Part shown: piece after piece, positions 17,274-25,937 of the stretch | Layout: every line of letters starts with the position of its first letter | Position numbering within the stretch: position 1 is the first letter of the stretch | DNA from: Candidatus Electronema halotolerans | GTDB taxonomy: Bacteria > Desulfobacterota > Desulfobulbia > Desulfobulbales > Desulfobulbaceae | NCBI GenBank assembly: GCA_942493095.1 | Contig: OW818675.1 | Span: 540,001 to 572,000, forward strand | DNA length: 32,000 bases | Direction of reading: 5' to 3' | The notes under the pieces: model-generated | Databases searched by the model: none | What the model was told of the DNA's origin: nothing | Seen by the model: only the letters and a program-made list of their open reading frames with translations | Made by a program: the position numbers and the translations under genes

Positions 17274-18443
17274 ATGAAAAATATATGCTACATAGACTGC
17301 TTTTCCGGGATCAGCGGCAACATGCTGCTTGGTGCCCTGCTGGCCGCAGGGCTGCCTGAACTTGTCCTGCGCAGCGAATTGGACAAGCTCAGGCTGACTG
17401 GCTGGCGGCTGGAAATACAGTCAATTGTCAAGAACGGGCTGCGGGCGGTGATGGTCAGGGTGCGGGTTGATGAGGCAAAGCGTCCGCGCCATCTGGGCGA
17501 CATTCGGACATTGCTGGAGGAGTCAGAGTTGGACGGAGCTGTCATCCGCCGCGCTTTGGCGGTCTTCCAGCGGCTGGCTGAGGCTGAGGCCCGCGTGCAT
17601 GGTGTGATCACTGAGGAAGTGCATTTTCACGAAGTCGGGGCAGTGGATGCCCTGATCGACATAGTCGGGGTGATTTTTGGCTTTGCTCATCTCGGCATCA
17701 GCGAGGTCTTGTGCTCGCCCCTGCCCCTGCCGCGTGGCTGGGTGCGCTGCCAGCACGGCGAGCTGCCCCTGCCTGCTCCTGCGGTCTGCGAACTGCTCAA
17801 AGGGGTGCCGGTCTATGGCGAGAACATTGCCCAGGAATTGGTCACACCCACTGGCGCGGCCTTGGCCGTGGAACTGAGCCGCTCCTTTGGCCCGCTGCCA
17901 GCCATGCGCATTCAGCAGACTGGTTACGGGGCAGGCACCAGAGAACGCCGGGACCGGCGGCCCAACCTCATCCGGCTGCTGATCGGGCGCAGGCAGACCG
18001 TCGAGGAGGCGCAGCAGGTGGAGGTGATCGAAACCCAGCTTGATGACTGGAACCCGGAGGCGTGGCCATATCTTGCCGAAAAACTGCTGGCAGCGGGCGC
18101 GCTTGATCTCAGCTTGGCCCCGATCCAGATGAAAAAGGGGCGGCCTGGCTTTCTCCTCCAGTTAGTTGCTGACCCGGCTCATGCCACCGGGCTGAAGGAA
18201 ATAATCCTGCGCGAGACCAGCGCGATTGGTCTTCGTTTTCACCAGGAGCAGCGGCTGACCCTACCGCGCAGCACAGTGGAATTAGTCACGCCGTGGGGGG
18301 CGGTGCGGGGCAAAAAAGTTGAGCTGCCTGACGGCGGCAGCCGGATCAAGCCGGAATATGAGGACTGCATCTGGCTGGCCAAAGAGCAGGAAATTCCTTT
18401 AGACCAAATTTATGCGGCAGCCAAAGAGGATAACAATGGATAA
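17274..18443 (+). CDS. larC: LarC-family nickel insertion protein (DUF111 / UPF0272)
   Basis: N-terminus YIDCFSGISGNMLLGALLAAG and the HFHEVGAVDALIDIVG motif. Its 389-aa length is typical of LarC. It begins 3 nt after the fmt stop. Confidence 0.85.
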   Translation: MKNICYIDCFSGISGNMLLGALLAAGLPELVLRSELDKLRLTGWRLEIQSIVKNGLRAVMVRVRVDEAKRPRHLGDIRTLLEESELDGAVIRRALAVFQRLAEAEARVHGVITEEVHFHEVGAVDALIDIVGVIFGFAHLGISEVLCSPLPLPRGWVRCQHGELPLPAPAVCELLKGVPVYGENIAQELVTPTGAALAVELSRSFGPLPAMRIQQTGYGAGTRERRDRRPNLIRLLIGRRQTVEEAQQVEVIETQLDDWNPEAWPYLAEKLLAAGALDLSLAPIQMKKGRPGFLLQLVADPAHATGLKEIILRETSAIGLRFHQEQRLTLPRSTVELVTPWGAVRGKKVELPDGGSRIKPEYEDCIWLAKEQEIPLDQIYAAAKEDNNG

Positions 18444-18903
18444 ACTGTTCATGTTCATCGCCACGGGCGCATACAGCGGCTATCTGCCCAAAGCCCCCGG
18501 CACCTGGGGTTCTGTGGCCGGAGTCCTGCTCTGGCTGGCACTGGCCCGGCTTGATCTTGTCAGCTATTCAGCAGTGCTGACCGTGCTCTTTGTCATCGGC
18601 ACCATAGCCTCTGGCGCGGCGGAAAAGATTCTTGATCAAGCCGACCCCGGCATTGTCGTGATTGACGAAATCGTCGGCCAGCTCATCACCCTGTTTCTGG
18701 CCCCGCTCCATCCCCTGACCGCACTGGCAGGTTTTGCCCTGTTCCGCTTTTTCGACATTCTCAAACCCTTTCCAGCGGGCTGGCTTGACCGCCATATTCA
18801 CGGCGGCTTAGGCATCATGCTTGATGATGTGGCCGCCGGGCTGATGGCCTTGGCTGTGCTCCAAGCAGGCATCTGGCTCTGCGGGCAGGCTGGTTTGCTC
18901 TGA
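18436..18903 (+). CDS. pgpA: Phosphatidylglycerophosphatase A
   Basis: GAYSGYLPKAPGTWGSV, VIDEIVGQ, and FRFFDILKPFP motifs. ATG 18436 overlaps the larC stop (ATGGATAA). Confidence 0.85.
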   Translation: MDKLFMFIATGAYSGYLPKAPGTWGSVAGVLLWLALARLDLVSYSAVLTVLFVIGTIASGAAEKILDQADPGIVVIDEIVGQLITLFLAPLHPLTALAGFALFRFFDILKPFPAGWLDRHIHGGLGIMLDDVAAGLMALAVLQAGIWLCGQAGLL

Positions 18904-18905
18904 CC

Positions 18906-19940
18906 TCACCACTCAATCCCCAGCATCACTGAGTTGATCCCGGAGCCAATGCCGAGCAGGGCCGCCTTTTGGCCGCTCTTGAGCATCCCCTTCTCAAGGC
19001 CCATTGCCATCGTGATTGGCGCGGAAACAGAACCAACATTGCCAAGCACAGACAGCGTTTCAAAATTGCGCTCCTGATGTAGCTCCAAGGCGGCAAAGAG
19101 CTGCCGGGCATGGGCTTGGCCGACCTGATGGCAAAAAAAACGGTCAATGCTGTCCTTGTTCCAGCCGGTCTCCTTGATAAAATCCTGCCAGCACGAAGCT
19201 GCGGTTTCAATCCCGCTGACCAAGAGCAGCTCCGCGTCTGTGGACATCAAGGTGTCCTGCTCCGCATTCTGGCCGCCGTGACAGAGATTGTTGTGGCGGG
19301 TGTTGGCCCGGCAGGCTCCGCCCAGCAGCCGGTGGCCAGAGTCCTGCACTTTCCGGGAACCCATGACCAAGGCCACAGCCCCGGAGCCGATAGTCAGGGA
19401 GGCAAAAGCAGGCTTGATCGTCTTCCGGGTCAGGGTCTCATCGGTAAGAAGCTGCTGGATCGTGGAGCGGATCAGGTCTTCGGCGGTTTCGCTGGCCACG
19501 ATCAGGCCGTAACGAGCTTGGCCCAGCTCGATCATGTTGGCCAGCATCAGCATGCCGTTGATGAAGCCAAGACAGGCATTGGAAATGTCAAATATCTGGC
19601 AATGATCCGGCAGGCCGAGGCTGTGATGGACAAAGGAGGCTGTGGCCGGCTCCATCATGTCCCGGCTTACGGACGTGAAGACCATGAAGTCAATGTCCGA
19701 GGCGGCCAGTCCGGAGGCGAGCAGAGCCTTTCTGCCAGCCAGCACTGCCCCGTGGCTGGGCAGCGTGCCTGCATCCCAGTAGCGGCGGCTGCGGATGCCG
19801 CTCATCAGTTCCAAGCGGCCTTCTGGCAGCTTGAGGCGTTCATAGACTGGAGCAAGCTGCTGCTCAAGGTCGGCTGAGGTGACAACATTGGGCGGCAGTT
19901 CATAACCAAAGCTGTGCAGACAGACGCGGGAATATTTCAT
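18906..19940 (-). CDS. FabH-like beta-ketoacyl synthase III family condensing enzyme
   Basis: Cys-His-Asn triad contexts are DISNACLGF, CHQVGQAH and LGNVGSVSAP. ATG at 19940 (MKYSRV...) is preferred over the TTG at 19979 used by the ORF track. Confidence 0.8.
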   Translation of the reverse strand: MKYSRVCLHSFGYELPPNVVTSADLEQQLAPVYERLKLPEGRLELMSGIRSRRYWDAGTLPSHGAVLAGRKALLASGLAASDIDFMVFTSVSRDMMEPATASFVHHSLGLPDHCQIFDISNACLGFINGMLMLANMIELGQARYGLIVASETAEDLIRSTIQQLLTDETLTRKTIKPAFASLTIGSGAVALVMGSRKVQDSGHRLLGGACRANTRHNNLCHGGQNAEQDTLMSTDAELLLVSGIETAASCWQDFIKETGWNKDSIDRFFCHQVGQAHARQLFAALELHQERNFETLSVLGNVGSVSAPITMAMGLEKGMLKSGQKAALLGIGSGINSVMLGIEW

Positions 19941-20175
19941 AAGGATATGCGATTCAAAGAGAAGTTGAATTTTTTGCAACTGCTTGCTCTCAGGCGACAG
20001 CGACAGGTCTGTCCGAAAAAAGATCAGGCAGTGAAATGCTTCCAGACGATCAGGCTGCGCAACCCGCCTCAGTGTCAGGGCAGGCGTCGGGAGTGTCTTT
20101 CATGCCATCTTTTTAACATAGCTGGATTCAAGTGACAAGCGCATAACCCATCGGTGAATCTGTTCAATTCCCCCC

Positions 20176-21945
20176 TCAACCAACTGCTGCGTTGCAGACA
20201 GCTTTTCCTCTCGCGCTGCCAATGAGAAACTGGGTGTAGGAATGTGCAGGCTGTTCCAGCACCTGCGAGGCTGGGCCGCATTCGACCAGCCCGCCTTTGA
20301 GCAGCACTCCGACCTGGTCGCTGATCTTGCGGGCCAAGGCCAAGTCATGGGTGACAAAGAGCATGGCCAAGCCCAGCTCGGTTTGCAGGTGGAGGAGCAG
20401 CTTGAGCACCTTGGCTTGAACGCTGGGATCAAGGGAGCTGGTCGGCTCGTCAGCGATGAGCAGGGAGGGCTTGAGAATCAGGGCGCGGGCAATGCTCAGA
20501 CGTTGGAGCGCGCCCATGTTGAGCTGCCACGGATGCTGGCGGAGAAAGGCATCATCATCAGGCAGATGCACCTGCGCGAGCACCTCATAGACCCGCTCAA
20601 TATGAATGACCTTGTTGACAATGCCATGAATTTTGAGCGGCTCAGTGAGAATGTCAAAAACAGTGAAACGGTGGCTGAAGGCTTCAGACTGGTTCTGATG
20701 GACCACGCCGATTCGCCGGGCCAGTGATTTGTAATCGCTGCGAATCCACTTGTCCATATCCTTGCCGTCAAACAAGCGGCTGCCGCTGTCCGGCTGGAGC
20801 GCGCCTGCGGCAATCATGGACAAGGTTGACTTGCCGGAGCCGGTCTCGCCGATCAGGGCAAAGACCTCGCCCGCCCGGATGGTCAGATCAAGCGGATGCA
20901 GTGCTTGGACATCTTGATACGCCTTGCTCACTCCTTTCAATTCCAGCAGATTGACTATGCCGTGGCGCAGGCAGCGCACCGTGTGCTCTGCCGCAGGCAG
21001 CAGGTCAGGCTGCTCGCTGGTGCAGAGTTCAATGCTCTGGGTACAGCGGTCAGCAAAAAGACAGCCGGGCGGACGCAGGGGAATGCCGTCCTGCCGGGCC
21101 AAGACCGCAGGCAGGGCTGCCAAGTCAGCGGTGCGGCGCAGGGACTCGCCCCGGATGCCGCCCAAGTCTCTGGCCCGCGTCATGTCCGGGCAGGCCCGGC
21201 CCAAGGCCATTGTATAGGGATGCTTGGGCAGGGTGAGCAGTTTGGCCGAGGGCAGCCGCTCCATGATCTGGCCGGAATAGAGCACTGCCGCCTGATCCGA
21301 GTGCTGGGCCGCAAATTCCAAGTCATGGGTGATCAGCAGCACTGCCTTGCCTTGGGCCGTGCTTTCGCGGATGACCTCAGCCACCAGCAGCTTGGTTGCC
21401 GCGTCCAGATTGGAGGTCGGCTCGTCAAGCATCAGCACCTTGGGGTCAAGAATCAGAGCCATTGCCAAGAAGGTGCGCTGCACTTGGCCGCCGCTCAACT
21501 GATGCGGGCAACGGTGCTGTTCCCGTTCCTCAAGACCGAGCCGGGCCAGCAGCCTGCCTGCCTTTGCCAGAGCTTCCTTGCGCTCCGTCTTGGTCCGGCA
21601 AAGCAGCGGTTCGGCCACCTGATCGAGGATCGGATGCACGGGATTGAGGTTGCCTGTGCCGTTTTGAAAGGCCATTGCCACCTGAAACCAGCGCAGACGA
21701 TTGACGGCCTCCGGGTCGCGGTAATCAACAGTTTCGCCGTTCAGTTTGATGTCACCGCCAAGGATCGTGCTTTTGGGCAGCAGACCAAGACAGGCCAAGG
21801 CCAAGGTTGATTTGCCAGACCCGGACTCGCCGATCAAAGCCGTGCAGGTGCCGGGGGCAAGCTCCAAGTCAACCTCGTCCAAGGCATGGATCAGGGCGTG
21901 CTCATTACGGTAGATGACAGACAGCTTTTCGACAGTCAGGCTCAT
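20176..21945 (-). CDS. Fused double-NBD ABC transporter ATPase, Dpp/Opp/nickel (DppD-DppF-like) type
   Basis: - Two Walker A motifs: GESGSGKST and GETGSGKST
- Two Walker B motifs: LMLDEPTS and LIADEPTS
- Two H-loops (THDL)
- Cys-rich Opp-type inter-domain tail: PPGCLFADRC...C
- First signature is the canonical LSGGQ
- Second signature is degenerate, LNMGALQR (20500-20523). Confidence 0.9.
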   Translation of the reverse strand: MSLTVEKLSVIYRNEHALIHALDEVDLELAPGTCTALIGESGSGKSTLALACLGLLPKSTILGGDIKLNGETVDYRDPEAVNRLRWFQVAMAFQNGTGNLNPVHPILDQVAEPLLCRTKTERKEALAKAGRLLARLGLEEREQHRCPHQLSGGQVQRTFLAMALILDPKVLMLDEPTSNLDAATKLLVAEVIRESTAQGKAVLLITHDLEFAAQHSDQAAVLYSGQIMERLPSAKLLTLPKHPYTMALGRACPDMTRARDLGGIRGESLRRTADLAALPAVLARQDGIPLRPPGCLFADRCTQSIELCTSEQPDLLPAAEHTVRCLRHGIVNLLELKGVSKAYQDVQALHPLDLTIRAGEVFALIGETGSGKSTLSMIAAGALQPDSGSRLFDGKDMDKWIRSDYKSLARRIGVVHQNQSEAFSHRFTVFDILTEPLKIHGIVNKVIHIERVYEVLAQVHLPDDDAFLRQHPWQLNMGALQRLSIARALILKPSLLIADEPTSSLDPSVQAKVLKLLLHLQTELGLAMLFVTHDLALARKISDQVGVLLKGGLVECGPASQVLEQPAHSYTQFLIGSARGKAVCNAAVG

Positions 21946-22462
21946 GCGTCAAGAACTCCGATGTGATTTTTTCCCGATAGTAAAGAGCGGAATGCAGTCA
22001 CTGTACAGGATGTCTGCCGCCCGGACAAGAAGGCAAATAGCTGTTGCGACCGGGCAAAGCAAGTGCTTTTGTATTATTATATTTTAATAACAAGATATTG
22101 CGTTGGCTCGCCTGAATAGCACCACAGATCGGCATGTTCAGCTCCGCTCAACCGCCTCAAGGTGATGAAACGGCCCGGTTGGGTTGGCGGAAAATATCCA
22201 TGCAATTTTTTGCCGCTATGGTACATTAACTGATTCAAACTAAATCTGTGCGAACGCTGCCGCAAAACAGAGGAGAAAAGAATAAACCATATCCATATTT
22301 CATCAAAAAAATTTCCTTTTCTGGATATATCGAAACCATTTTTCTTGATTTCATTTCGTTTTTTACTATGCGTCCTGACTGCCGCATCTTGGACATTGCA
22401 CAGCTTTTTCTCCATGTTTGTTTTTTTCATAAGAACGGTGTGACATCTTTCATTAGCATGCT

Positions 22463-22479
22463 ATCTATTTTCAATAGAT
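22463..22479. promoter_or_regulatory. 17-bp palindrome ATCTATT-TTC-AATAGAT overlapping an 11-bp-phased direct repeat ATTTTCAAT (22467-22475 and 22478-22486)
   Basis: Read directly from the sequence. It lies about 70 bp upstream of the M50 protease ATG, inside the AT-rich gap. A regulatory role is inferred, not shown. Confidence 0.35.
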
Positions 22480-22548
22480 TTTCAATCCGTTCCTCACAGT
22501 TCACCATTGCCCGCGAATCAAAACAACCAACCTGATGACTGACAACGC

Positions 22549-23187
22549 ATGGACATAAATCAATATATTATCAAGTTTCTGCTTCTCGCGCCGCCTTTTC
22601 TTTTTGCCCTGACCTTTCATGAGCTGGCCCACGGCTGGGTTGCCTGGCGGCTCGGCGACCCCACGGCCAAGGACGCAGGCCGGCTGACCATGAATCCGAT
22701 CAAGCACATTGATCCGCTCGGCGCAATCGCCTTCATCATCATGCAGATTGGCTGGGCCAAGCCGGTGCCGGTCAATCCCGTCTATTTCCGCAACCCGCAC
22801 CAAGGAATGCTCAAAGTGGCTCTGGCCGGGCCGGGCGCAAACCTGCTGCTGGCCGTGGTCAGCGCAGTGCTGGTTAAAATTCTGTTCAACCTGCCGCTTT
22901 CTCCTTCTTCTTCGCCACTTCTGCTTGATCTGCTCCAACCCATCGTGCAAATGCTGTATGCCTCAGTCTGGATCAACGTCATGCTGGCCGTGTTCAACAT
23001 CCTGCCCATACCGCCTTTGGACGGCTCCAAAGTGCTGATGGGTTTGCTGCCGCCGGACGCGGCCCGCAGCTACGCCCTTATGGAACCTTACGGCTTTGTT
23101 CTGCTGATCGTGCTCTTTTACATGGGCATCATCAGCAAAGTGATCATGCCGATCATTCAGTTCAGCACAGACCTGCTCCTGCGATGA
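22549..23187 (+). CDS. Site-2 protease family (peptidase M50) membrane zinc metalloprotease
   Basis: HELAHG zinc motif (HExxH at 22618-22632) in the first TM region, and a downstream FNILPIPPLDGSKV (NxxPxxxLDG) motif. Polytopic, 212 aa. Confidence 0.8.
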   Translation: MDINQYIIKFLLLAPPFLFALTFHELAHGWVAWRLGDPTAKDAGRLTMNPIKHIDPLGAIAFIIMQIGWAKPVPVNPVYFRNPHQGMLKVALAGPGANLLLAVVSAVLVKILFNLPLSPSSSPLLLDLLQPIVQMLYASVWINVMLAVFNILPIPPLDGSKVLMGLLPPDAARSYALMEPYGFVLLIVLFYMGIISKVIMPIIQFSTDLLLR

Positions 23188-23240
23188 AGGCTGCCCTTTT
23201 CTGACTTGTGGAATACGTGTAAAACAGGTAGGCTGTCCGC

Positions 23241-25934
23241 ATGATGACACTTCTTCCCAAGACCGTCTTTCTCATCGACGGCAGCGCGTACATCCACCGG
23301 GCTTTCCATGCGGTCAAGCCCCTGCATACGGCCAGCGGCCTGCCCACTCATGCGGTCTATGGCTTTATCAGCATCCTGCGCCGCATCCTGCGCGAGCGGC
23401 AGCCGGAATATCTTGCGGTTGCCTTTGACAGCAAGGGGCCAGTCTTTCGGCATAAGATTGCAGCAGATTACAAAGCCAACCGTCCTTCCATGCCAGAGGA
23501 GCTGGCTGTGCAGATGCCCTATATCCGCCGCATCACTGAAGCCTACAACATCTTGACCCTGGCCCAGACAGGGCTGGAGGCGGATGACTTGATCGCCTCA
23601 GCCGCCCGGCAGCTCTTGGTCCAAGGCTGCAAGGTGATCATTGTATCCGGCGACAAAGATCTGCTTCAGTTGGTTTCGGATGATCTTACGGTCTGGGATC
23701 CGATGAGCGACAAGGTCATGGACGCTGCGGCAGTGGAGGAAAAGTACGGCCTGCCGCCGAGTCGTCTGCGCGACTATTTTGCTCTGACCGGTGACAGCTC
23801 AGACAACATCCACGGGGTGCCGGGCGTTGGGCCGAAGACCGCCCAGAAGCTGATGCAGGAACATGAGACATTGGAAGGGCTGTACGCGCAGGTTGAGACG
23901 CTGAAAACATCCAAGGTTAAAGAAAATCTGATAGAACACCGGGAAGCCGCCTTTCTTTCCCGCGAACTGGTGCGACTGGACGAGCAGGCCGAGGTTGAAG
24001 CCGAGCTGGACAAGTACCGGGTGACTGCGCCCAAGACCGAGGAACTGCGCACCCTGCTGACAGAGCTGGAGTTTTTCACCCTGCTGAAAACAGATGTGCC
24101 AACAGCGACAATGAGCACAGCAGGCTTTGCCTTGGTCAACAGCCGGGAGGAGCTGGCCCGGCTGGCTGAGGAGCTGCGGCAGGCCGAGCACTTGGTCATT
24201 GACACGGAAACCAGCTCGCTTGATCCGCTGACTGCCGAGCTGGTCGGCCTCTCCCTTTGCACGGATACTGAGCAGGCTTGGTATCTGCCCTGCGGCCACC
24301 GCGACCTGCATGGCCAGCTCCTGCCAAACCAGCTTGAGCGGCAAGATATTCTCGAATTGATCGGCCCGCTGTTGACTGATGCCGCCCGCCCCAAGATCGG
24401 CCATAATCTCAAGTATGATTATGCGATCTTAGCTGCCCCGCAGAATGGCGGGCTGCGGCTGGCAGGGCCGCTCTTTGACAGCATGATCGGGGCTTGGCTG
24501 CTGGAACCGGGCCGTCATTCCTACAAGCTGGATGATCTTTGCCAAGAGCTGGGCTTCAAGTTGACCGCCTTCACGGAGGTGGTTGCAGGTGATAAAGCGG
24601 CAGATGCGTTCTGCCGGGTGCCGTTGGCAAAAGCCTGCGATTATTCTTGCGAGGATGTGCATGCCAGCTTGCGCCTCATTTTGGAGCAGCGACCTGAGCT
24701 GGAGCGGCAGGGAATCTGGCAGCTCTTTGCTGACATCGAAGCACCGCTGATTCCAGTGCTCGCCGACATGGAGCACAGCGGCATCTTGGTGGATCAGGAG
24801 TTGCTGGGCCAACTTTCCAAGGAACTCGCTGATCAGCTCGGCCTGCTGGAAGAGGAAATCTATCGGCTGGCCGGGCATCCTTTCAACATTAGCTCACCCC
24901 AGCAGCTTGCCGAAGTGCTCTTTGAGGAACTGCAACTGCCCAAGGGCCGCAAGACCAAGACCGGCTATTCCACAGATGTCCGGGTGCTGGAAAAGCTGGC
25001 TTGGCGGCACGAACTGCCTGCCCTGATTCTCCGTTACCGCAACTTGGCCAAGCTCAAATCTACTTACGTTGACCGGCTGCCAGAGCATGTCAGCAAGGTC
25101 AGCGGGCGGATTCACAGCTCCTTCAACCAATGCGGCACTGCCACAGGCAGACTCAGCTCCAGCAATCCGAATCTGCAAAACATCCCCATCCGCACTGAGG
25201 AAGGCCGCCGCATCCGGGCCGCCTTTGTCGCCCAAGAGGGCTGCCTGCTCGTTTCAGCCGACTATTCCCAGATTGACCTGCGCGTTTTGGCGCATTACTG
25301 CCAAGACCCGGCCCTGCTCGCCGCCTTCCGCAGCAACGAGGATATTCACGGCCAGACAGCGGCAGAACTCTTCCGGGTTGCGCCTGCGCTGATCACCCCG
25401 GAAATGCGCCGAATTGCCAAGAGCATCAACTTTGGCATTGTCTATGGCATGTCCAGCTTTGGCCTGTCTGAGCAACTCGGCATCAGCCGCCGCGAGGCCC
25501 AGAACTTTATTGACCGCTACTTTGAGCAGTATCCGGGCATCAAGCAATTTATGGAATCGGTGATCGAGCAGGCCCGCGAGGACGGCTATGTCAGCACTCT
25601 GCTGGGCAGGCGCAGACGGCTGCCAGAAATCAAGGCTGCCAACCGCACCCGGCGCGAGTTTGCTGAACGCACCGCGATCAACACCCCGATTCAGGGCACT
25701 GCCGCAGACATCATCAAACTTGCCATGCTCAAAGCGCATGAGGAGCTGAGGAACAGAGCACTGCGCACCAAGCTGCTCTTGCAGATTCACGATGAGCTGG
25801 TTTTTGAGGTGCCGGAGGATGAGCTTGAGACCATTTCCGCCTTGATTGTGCCGCTGATGGAGTCAGTGCTGCCCTTGGATGTGCCGCTGCAAGTCAATGC
25901 CCGGACAGGGCGGCAGATGGATAAAGGAGAGTGA
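23241..25934 (+). CDS. polA: DNA polymerase I
   Basis: 897 aa.
- 5'-3' exonuclease N-terminus: FLIDGSAYIHRAFHA
- 3'-5' exonuclease ExoI motif: VIDTETSSLD
- Polymerase motif A: LVSADYSQIDLRVLAH
- Polymerase motif B: RRIAKSINFGIVYG
- Polymerase motif C: QIHDELVFE. Confidence 0.95.
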   Translation: MMTLLPKTVFLIDGSAYIHRAFHAVKPLHTASGLPTHAVYGFISILRRILRERQPEYLAVAFDSKGPVFRHKIAADYKANRPSMPEELAVQMPYIRRITEAYNILTLAQTGLEADDLIASAARQLLVQGCKVIIVSGDKDLLQLVSDDLTVWDPMSDKVMDAAAVEEKYGLPPSRLRDYFALTGDSSDNIHGVPGVGPKTAQKLMQEHETLEGLYAQVETLKTSKVKENLIEHREAAFLSRELVRLDEQAEVEAELDKYRVTAPKTEELRTLLTELEFFTLLKTDVPTATMSTAGFALVNSREELARLAEELRQAEHLVIDTETSSLDPLTAELVGLSLCTDTEQAWYLPCGHRDLHGQLLPNQLERQDILELIGPLLTDAARPKIGHNLKYDYAILAAPQNGGLRLAGPLFDSMIGAWLLEPGRHSYKLDDLCQELGFKLTAFTEVVAGDKAADAFCRVPLAKACDYSCEDVHASLRLILEQRPELERQGIWQLFADIEAPLIPVLADMEHSGILVDQELLGQLSKELADQLGLLEEEIYRLAGHPFNISSPQQLAEVLFEELQLPKGRKTKTGYSTDVRVLEKLAWRHELPALILRYRNLAKLKSTYVDRLPEHVSKVSGRIHSSFNQCGTATGRLSSSNPNLQNIPIRTEEGRRIRAAFVAQEGCLLVSADYSQIDLRVLAHYCQDPALLAAFRSNEDIHGQTAAELFRVAPALITPEMRRIAKSINFGIVYGMSSFGLSEQLGISRREAQNFIDRYFEQYPGIKQFMESVIEQAREDGYVSTLLGRRRRLPEIKAANRTRREFAERTAINTPIQGTAADIIKLAMLKAHEELRNRALRTKLLLQIHDELVFEVPEDELETISALIVPLMESVLPLDVPLQVNARTGRQMDKGE

Positions 25935-25937
25935 GCT

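Noticed and set aside
22095-22200. GC-normal block inside the intergenic island, considered as a structured riboswitch or sRNA or as a pseudogene fragment upstream of the ABC ATPase.
   Set aside because: I could find only short (5-bp) complementary segments, no match to riboswitch cores I know (cobalamin, NiCo), and no recognisable protein fragment in any frame. It is left as an open question under the island finding.
22077-22430. 117-aa minus-strand ORF and overlapping 95-aa plus-strand ORF (22248-22535) in the AT-rich gap, considered as real genes.
   Set aside because: Neither has a convincing Shine-Dalgarno, recognisable motifs or hydrophobic or structural periodicity. The two overlap each other. 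They are kept only as part of the intergenic-island finding and not annotated as CDS.
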